From Histomonas meleagridis 2922-C6/04-290x (taxonomy: Eukaryota; Protista; Parabasalia): DNA of 64,000 nucleotides. Of this stretch, positions 56,640 through 64,000 are shown one piece after another. The position numbers were made by a program, and so were the translations under genes. Position 1 is the stretch's first letter. Every line of letters starts with the position of its first letter. The stretch covers positions 310,001 to 374,000 of the forward strand of contig JAANOX010000153.1 in assembly GCA_020184695.1 (NCBI GenBank). The letters run 5' to 3'. The notes beneath the pieces were generated by a model, which did no database searches, was not told the DNA's origin, and worked only from the letters and a program-made list of their open reading frames with translations.

Positions 56640-59600
56640 TTATATTTTTTGATCACGAAGTAATTTAACTATTTCTATATGACCATTTTCAGATGCATTC
56701 ATAAGTGCTGTTTTAAATAATTTAAATAATTCCCAAATATTATTTTGAAATAATAAATTATTAAAATAAATATTAAGTAAAACAAATAAATATCTTTAGC
56801 ATTAATATCAATTCCTTCTTGTTCAAGAAGTAATTTAACTGTATCTGTATAACCTTTTTCAGATGCCCAAATAAGTGCTGTATAAAATAATTAAAATAAT
56901 TTCCAAATATTATTTTGAAATATAAAATTATTAAAATAAATTCTAAATAAAACAAATAAATATTTTTAGCATTAATATCAATTCCTTCTTGTTCAAGAAG
57001 TAATTTAACTATTTCTATATGACCATTAAAAGATGCTTTCATAAGTGCTGTATTAAATTATTTAAATAATTTATAAATATTATTTTGAAATATAAAATTA
57101 TCTATATAAAAATTAAATAAAACAATTATATATTTTTTGCATTAATATCATTTCCTTTTTGTTCAAGAAGTAATTTAACTATTTCTGTATGACCATTAAA
57201 AGATGCAATCATAAGTGCTGTTTTAAACAATTTAAATAATTTTTAAATAATATTTTGATATATCAAATTATTAAAAACAAATTTTAAATAAAACAAATAA
57301 ATATCTTTAGCATTAATATCAATTCCTTTTTTTGTTCAAGAAGTAATTTAACTATTTCTGTATGACCATTAAAAAGATGCAATCATAAGTGCTGTTTTAA
57401 ACAATTTAAATAATTTTTAAATAATATTTTGATATATCAAATTATTAAAACAAATTTTAAATAAAACAAATAAATATCTTTAGCATTAATATCAATTCCT
57501 TTTTGTTCAAGAAGTAATTTAACTATTTCTGTATGACCATTAAAAGATGCAATCATAAGTGCTGTTTTAAACAATTTAAATAATTTTTAAATAATATTTT
57601 GATATATCAAATTATTAAAACAAATTTTAAATAAAACAATTATATATTTTTTGCATTAATATCATTTCCTTTTTGTTCAAGAAGTAATTTAACTATTTCT
57701 GTATGACCATTAAAAGATGCAATCATAAGTGCTGTTTTAAACAATTTAAATAATTTTTAAATAATATTTTGATATATCAAATTATTAAAACAAATTTTAA
57801 ATAAAACAAATAAATATCTTTAGCATTAATATCAATTCCTTTTTGTTCAAGAAGTAATTTAACGATTTCTGTATGACCATTTCTAGATGCATACATAAGT
57901 GCTGTTTTAAACAATTTAAATAATTTTTAAATAATATTTTGATATATCAAATTATTAAAATAATTTTTTTCTAATAGATTTGAATATTTTTTTCATGAAT
58001 TTTAATTTTTTTTTCAATGATAAGTAATTTAACTATTTCTTTATGACCATTTTCAGTAGCTTTCATAAAAGCAGTTTCAAATATTATAAATAATTTCCGA
58101 ATATTCCTTTAAAACATCAAATCATCAAAATAAACTTTGTTTTAAATAAATAAATATTTTTACTATTAATCTCAATTTTTTTGAATTCAAGAAGTAATTT
58201 AACTATTTCTGTATGACCATTTTCAGATGCATAAATAAGTGCTGTATTAAATAATTTAAATAACTTTTAAATATTTTTTATTAACATCATTTTAATATAA
58301 AAAATATTATATAAAATGAAATAATACTTTTGGTATTGAATTTGGTTATTCTTTCTGCTAAAAGTAATTTAGCTATTTCTGTATGACCTTTTTCTGAAGT
58401 GATCATAAGTGCTGTTATAAATTATAGTAAAAATTTCCAAATATTATTTATATATATTAAATTTTATAGTTAAACATTAAAAAAATTAAACAAAAATCTT
58501 TATCATTAATTAATGCATGATTTTTGTCGATATAAAATTTAACAATATCATATTGATTAGATTCACAAGCATGCATAAATGCTGTTCTATTAACTATAAG
58601 GAAAATCCTTAAATTACTAAACAATATCAATAATTTAAAATTTACACAAAATTTTCCAAATAAATATCTTTTGTATCAATATTTGCATCTTTTTTAATAA
58701 GAGATTTAACAATGTCTAAGTAACCACATGATGCAAACATAAGTGCCGTCCAAAATAATTAAAGATAACATCAAAATTTATTTTGATATTTTTGATTATT
58801 AAAATTAGACTCAAATATTTAATATAAATATCCTTAGTGTTTATTTCAATTCCTTTATGTTCAAGTAGCAAATTGACTATTTCAAGATGTCCATTTTGTG
58901 AAGCTTTCATAAGTGCTGTATTAAATATTATATATAATTTCCAAATCTTATTTTTGAATTTTAATTAATTGAGATAAACATTGGAATTAATATATGAATT
59001 TCAGTTTCATTAATATGTATTCCTTTTTGTTCAAGAAGTAATTTAACTATTTCTGTGTGACCATTTTGAGATGCAGAAATAAGTGCTGTATAAAATAATT
59101 TAAATAATTTCCAAATGTTGTTTTGAAATTTTAAATTATTAAAATAATTTTTAAATAAAACAAACAAATATTTTTAGCATTAATATCAATTCCTTCTTGT
59201 TCAAGAAGTAATTTAACTATTTCTGTATGACCATTTAAATATGCTAAAATAAGTGCTGAATTAAATTAATAATATAAATACCATAAGTTATTTCGAAACA
59301 TTAAAATATTGAAATGATCATTATATGAAATTATAAAATTTTTTTTTCATTAATATTTATTCCATTTTGTTTAAGTAGTAATTTAACTACTTCTAAATGA
59401 CCTTCTCTTGATGCTAATATAAATGATGTTATAAATAATTAAAACTTATTCCAAATATTTTATAGTTATTTCAAATTTTTAATATAAATCCCAAATAACA
59501 TGTTTTAATATCTCTATTATTAACATCAATTCCTTTTTGATTTAAAAGTAATTTAACTATTTCTATGTATCCTTTTCTTGATGCAAACATAAGTGCTGTC

Positions 59601-59769
59601 CAAAATTATTCAAATAATTTCCATATGTTATTTAAAAATATTTTATTCTTTAAATAAATTTCAAATCAAAAAAATATATATCTTTAGAATTAATATGAAA
59701 TTGTTTTTGATCAAGAATTTAACGAACAATATTTTCCAATCCTTTATTAGATGCAATTCTAAGTGCCAC
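56640..59769 (-). repeat. Tandem array of 19 ankyrin-repeat coding units separated by 80-nt frame-breaking spacers (170-bp period)
   Basis: Units TAL..AS..GH.EIVKLLLEQ.GIDINAK(D/N) start at 59769, 59599, 59429, 59259, 59089, 58919, 58749, 58585, 58415, 58245, 58075, 57905, 57735, 57565, 57395, 57221, 57051, 56881 and 56711. The last unit ends in TAA at 56642-56640. Confidence 0.95.
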
Positions 59770-60846
59770 ATCAAACATTTTTATTAAACCATAAATAAAA
59801 ATTATAAACCCAAAAATTAAAAAATCAATATTACTAACATTAGTATTAATTTCTTCTTTCTTAGTAAATTTAGCAAGCTCATCAATAGGTTCCACATTTT
59901 CATAATTTTCTTCATATTCTTGTTCTTTTTTATCTTGATCTGTAATTAAAGGTTTTCCATCATCTTGAATTGCATGTTTATATATAAAATTATTATATTG
60001 AGGTATTTCTGCTCTTTCATTTGTTTTCGTATATTCAACAAAATTTTCAATTATATGTTTTTCAACATCACGATTATCGCATTTCGATGGAGCTCCATGA
60101 AGTAATCTATGTGAAGCATTCATTTTAACAGCTTTATTATTTTGGATACGATCAATCATTGATATGTAATTATCTAATGAATGATTATTAATAAAGATTT
60201 TATTAATTTTCTTTTTGGTTAATTTTATTTTGTTGGATGAAGCTTTACTATATCCAACTACTTTAGACATCAAAACTGTTTCTTTATAATTATTACTTTT
60301 CACATATTGATCTTGAATATATACTAAGCTACCTGGGATCATATATGTATTATTCATAAATTTATGTTTTTCTTTATAAATGCCTGATATCATATCTGTT
60401 AATGTTTCAAATGAAACTTTTCCTCCACTTTTTATTACAGAGAAACTAAGATTCTTAATTAAAATCCAAAAGAAATTCGCAATATTAACACCAATAGTAT
60501 GACCTTTTGATGCAACAATATCATCAATATTACAGACTGTAATAATAAATTTTTCCTTTAAATTTTCATTTCTAATTCTTGTGGCTAATGCACTACAAAC
60601 GCATGGAGGTGTTCCAATCGTAAACGCTTTAGCATTAATATGATCAACAAAACGTAAAATTGATGCAGAAATAGCAGCAATTGCTCCTCCAATTGAATGT
60701 CCAAAAAATATTATTTCTTTGAAGTGATTCTCTTTTATTTTTTCTTCGTAAACTCCTTTGAAATGTGAAGTAATTTCTTTTGCTGCAATACTGTAGCCTT
60801 CATGCGTTGGACAGTTTTCAATGACTTGACATTGTTGATTTTGCAT
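59719..60846 (-). CDS. Class-3 lipase-like domain protein running into the first ankyrin unit
   Basis: THEGY, IIFFGHSIGGAIA (GxSxG), FTIGTPPC, TVCNIDDIV and NHSLDNY. The same frame is open upstream to about 61087 (IFIWINGSD..), so the real start is further 5'. Confidence 0.75.
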   Translation of the reverse strand: MQNQQCQVIENCPTHEGYSIAAKEITSHFKGVYEEKIKENHFKEIIFFGHSIGGAIAAISASILRFVDHINAKAFTIGTPPCVCSALATRIRNENLKEKFIITVCNIDDIVASKGHTIGVNIANFFWILIKNLSFSVIKSGGKVSFETLTDMISGIYKEKHKFMNNTYMIPGSLVYIQDQYVKSNNYKETVLMSKVVGYSKASSNKIKLTKKKINKIFINNHSLDNYISMIDRIQNNKAVKMNASHRLLHGAPSKCDNRDVEKHIIENFVEYTKTNERAEIPQYNNFIYKHAIQDDGKPLITDQDKKEQEYEENYENVEPIDELAKFTKKEEINTNVSNIDFLIFGFIIFIYGLIKMFDVALRIASNKGLENIVR

Positions 60847-62013
60847 GGAGATTATGGTATCTTTTAATGAAGTAAGATCTGAACCATTAATCCATATAAA
60901 AATTGATTCATTTCCTTGAACATCTTTATATGTTGCATATCGAAAAATAGGGGTTATTTGTTCTATTGTAGATGACTCATACTTCTCTGATACATTAAAC
61001 AGATATTTAATGTTTTGATCATATATATTAATACATTTCCCTTCATGGAAGTCACCGATTTTTTTGATTCTTTTTTTGATAAAGTTTCATAAGCCCAAGT
61101 GTAGAAATTGTTTTTGTTATTTTAGGAATTTTAATAGATGACAGTTGCATTTGATTATTTTATCAGAAGTTAAGATAGGAAAAAAATGCCAACGAGGTCC
61201 AATATTTTCAAGGTGGCAAATTTCTAAAATTGCAATAAAAGCCGTTATTTCAGTCAATTCAAAACAAGTTTTATGGGCGCGGTTTAATACATAATTAAAT
61301 CGAGTTTCAATTACAAAACGATCGAAAAGCACTTCATATTTTTTATATGTTGAATACCATTCGTCTAAAAAAAATAAATCATGCCTATTATAAGAGACAC
61401 CATCTTTAGTGGGATTTCAAAATATAATCAAAGATAATGTTCTGAGTTTATTGAATTATGATTAATCTTAATCAAAACAGTTAATGTGGGATAGTTTCAG
61501 CATTTGGTTGAATATAAGGGATTTGTGAAAAATCATCTTTATATGTTAAATCACTTGATTGATCTTGTTCATTAGATTCTGACCCAGATAAATCATACTG
61601 GTCTTCGTCTCGAAGATCTCTTTTAGAATCAAATTCACTCAGTTCTATATCTTTTTCTGATTGATCAACAGAAACATTTCATGTTGAAATTGGTGATATG
61701 TTTCCGGTAAGCTCCGTGAAGCTTGAGAATGAAAGTGAATCTTTTGCTGGAAAATTTGCAATTTTTAATTCTGATAAATCAAAAGAAACAATGTTTGACC
61801 GGAAATCACCTTTTTCCTTTCGAGCTGAATCTTTGACAAGATATGGTATTGATTCAGAAATACTTTTTTCTAATGGCTAAGATTCTCTTTTTTTAATGTC
61901 TAATAAGTTATCATTTGATATTGCATTAGCAAATGAATCTCCAAGGTCAAATGAAATTGCTTCATCATCAGGGGATTAATAATTTCTTGCTTTCCAGCAT
62001 CAAAATCGTCGTT

Positions 62014-62320
62014 TCAATATTCCTTACAAACGAGGTCTAATGGCGTTTTTTTAGCGTTATTTAATTTTTCCTTATCTGCTCCATGTTCCAACAATAATTT
62101 AAGTGCCTCATCTTTTCCGTATTTAGAAGCCCAATGTAATGACGTGCTACTTGCTTTATCAGGGTTGTTTACATCGATTTATTTATTATTTAAAAAGTAA
62201 TCAAAAATTTGTAAATTATTATGTTGACCTGCAATATGAAGTGCGTTTTGTCCATTTTTATTTCCGACATTTATATCCATTTTACAAAATTCTATAAGAT
62301 ATTTACCAACTAAAGACTTT
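62014..62320 (-). pseudogene. Conventional (uninterrupted) ankyrin-repeat fragment with one in-frame TAA
   Basis: DINVGNKNGQNALHIAG..NNK*IDVNNPDKASSTSLHWASKYG..LLLEHGADKEKLNNAKKTPLDL*. Four-residue linkers and no spacers. Confidence 0.7.
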
Positions 62321-62581
62321 CCATTTAATATATCTACATTTAATAATATGTTACCCAAATATAAGATATAAGTTCATAAATTCTAAGAATGTTTTTTTTA
62401 ACATTATAATATTTGTTTTCATCACTTTGTATTAAACATTTTGCTTCTAAACTACAGCCAATTTCTATAAGATTAAGTTATGGACATATATTAACATTAA
62501 AAATTATCAAATTCACCTCATTCGTTATTTCAAATTTTATTTATTAATAACTAAAAGAAAATTAAATCGAATTTTTACTTT

Positions 62582-64000
62582 TTACTGCTCAACATCTTCG
62601 ATATTCTTCAAGAACTTCTTTCCGTAATTTTCGTACTGCGGATATTTCAACAAATCCTTAAAGTATTGCTCGAATTCTTTTTTCATTTTCTCTTTATTTT
62701 CAGGGAACGCGCTCATTACTACTGCCAAATTTATAATTCCCATTGTCAAGTTCGGGAATTCCCTCAAAATCTTTTTCATAATTTTTATGTATTCCAACAA
62801 TTGCATCACCGGTTTAATTCTATAAATACCATCGACTAAAATTATCGAATTTTCATAAAGATTTTCGTCATTAATTTTCATCACTATATCGAAATATTTC
62901 TCGAAGAATTTATCTTTGTCCAACATTTCGATAGTTTTCGGTAAAATTTTTAGACGTCTAAATAATGTTGTTAAAGTACTTAAAATGAATTTGTTTTCGG
63001 AACTTAATAACATATTTAACAAATTCACGAATGAAGACATTTGTGGTAATTCATTTCGAACTGATTGATAACATGAAATTATCAATAAAATTTTATAATT
63101 ATTTAACACATTAATTAACTCTTCGCGCATCCATTCGCGACATCTAAATAATGTTAACGCGATTTCTTCACTTTGCGATATGTAATTCATTAATATTAAA
63201 ATTCCTTTTCGATTAACTTTCGATACTTCAATTAACTTCGTTGTTATTAAATTCGAACAAATTTTAATTTCCGCTTTTAATAATAAACTGATTATATCAT
63301 TTTGTAAAATTGGATTTGTAATTTTATCAATTAATTCTTCAAAGTTAATATCAAACCATGGCTGATATAAATAAGATAATGCTCTAATCGCCATTTTACA
63401 AGTGTTTTCATTTTTATGATTCATATTATTAATGAAAAGTTTATAAATTTCATTCGATGTATATTGTACAATTTCATTAACTTTAATTATCGAATTATAC
63501 ATTACAACAATATAATCAGTCGAATATTTGGACTTTAAATATAATTCCGATTGTAAATAATACTCATTAATAAGTTTCATCATTTCTTCTTTCGATGGTA
63601 TTTCATTATTTAACATTAAATATAATAATATTAACATTTCTTTCGGTTTGTACGATATCAAATGTCGAAATTGTAAATTATATTTCGATGAAATAAATTC
63701 TTTATATCGAGTAAACAATTGATAAAATAGTTTAACTCCTTCTTTCTTAAGTTTGGTGGATGTCAATGGTAATTTAGAATAAAAATTCTTTTCTACAATT
63801 TTCGGTATTTCTTCTGGAAACTCTTTTAATGTCTTCCGAATATATTTAACAATAATTTCAAGTTGTTCAACTTTCGCTGTCTCTTCTTGAGCAGCTTTAA
63901 CTAACGCATCTAAAAATTGATCTTCTTCATATTCTTTCCCAAGTTGTGGAAACATTTTAACAACTGTTTCTTCTAATCGTTTGTAATGTGGATTCACAAG
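62582..64000 (-). CDS. ARM/HEAT-like helical protein, 5'-partial
   Basis: Frame is open to the window end, with a long amphipathic-helix composition. No family recognised. Confidence 0.7.
   Translation of the reverse strand, partial: LVNPHYKRLEETVVKMFPQLGKEYEEDQFLDALVKAAQEETAKVEQLEIIVKYIRKTLKEFPEEIPKIVEKNFYSKLPLTSTKLKKEGVKLFYQLFTRYKEFISSKYNLQFRHLISYKPKEMLILLYLMLNNEIPSKEEMMKLINEYYLQSELYLKSKYSTDYIVVMYNSIIKVNEIVQYTSNEIYKLFINNMNHKNENTCKMAIRALSYLYQPWFDINFEELIDKITNPILQNDIISLLLKAEIKICSNLITTKLIEVSKVNRKGILILMNYISQSEEIALTLFRCREWMREELINVLNNYKILLIISCYQSVRNELPQMSSFVNLLNMLLSSENKFILSTLTTLFRRLKILPKTIEMLDKDKFFEKYFDIVMKINDENLYENSIILVDGIYRIKPVMQLLEYIKIMKKILREFPNLTMGIINLAVVMSAFPENKEKMKKEFEQYFKDLLKYPQYENYGKKFLKNIEDVEQ

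Noticed and set aside
56712-59679. Canonical GT-AG or U12 AT-AC splicing of the spacers
   Set aside because: GT near the 5' end occurs in only some spacers. Using the AG or AC inside ACAGCA gives out-of-frame joins and deletes the conserved Thr. There is no ACTAAC or ATATCCTT motif.
56712-59679. -1 ribosomal frameshifting at T TTA AAA as the general mechanism
   Set aside because: The frame arithmetic fits, but 15 of 18 spacers have upstream-frame stops before the site and the slippery heptamer is not conserved.
56712-59679. Spacers as coding transmembrane segments (YLFYLIFILII..FGNY)
   Set aside because: Hydrophobic translation is the default for AT-rich DNA, and most copies contain stops.
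56640-59769. CRISPR-like repeat-spacer appearance
   Set aside because: The repeats are 90-nt protein-coding ankyrin units, the spacers are mutually homologous, the context is eukaryotic and there are no cas genes.
14363-62181. Stop-codon reassignment suggested by scattered in-frame TAA/TAG/TGA
   Set aside because: These occur only in decayed elements or fragments. Conserved genes such as PSMB3, the Rabs, PFDN3 and Aurora end at TAA/TGA at expected positions and have no internal stops.

Overview
AT-rich, gene-dense, apparently intron-free eukaryotic DNA. The gene content points to a parabasalid (Histomonas/Tritrichomonas/Trichomonas-like): BspA-like LRR surface proteins, DUF3447-type ankyrin genes, frataxin with a hydrogenosomal-type presequence, and AACGGTT core-promoter motifs. 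Housekeeping genes include PRMT5, frataxin, proteasome beta3, a Rap/Ral-GAP, PP2A-B55, two Rabs, Pol delta small subunit, prefoldin 3, a kexin/furin protease, Aurora kinase and tRNA-Ala(AGC). They are interleaved with accessory DNA: a decayed mariner, a pogo-like element inserted into an rve-integrase relic, four BspA genes, and likely bacterial acquisitions (a membrane pyrophosphatase with Na+-PPase-type motifs and an HSL-family esterase). The outstanding feature is at 56640-59769 on the minus strand. Nineteen ankyrin-repeat coding units are separated, always at the same point of the repeat, by AT-rich spacers of exactly 80 nt (17 of 18; one is 81). The spacers diverge strongly in sequence, break the reading frame, mostly carry stops, and have no GT-AG ends or parabasalid ACTAAC branch motif. 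The same spacer type recurs in an unlinked ankyrin gene at about 15.5 kb. This is a candidate fixed-length non-canonical intron or recoding system. Several single-base frameshifts fall in homopolymers and may be assembly errors. All family assignments come from recognising motifs by eye; no database searches were run.
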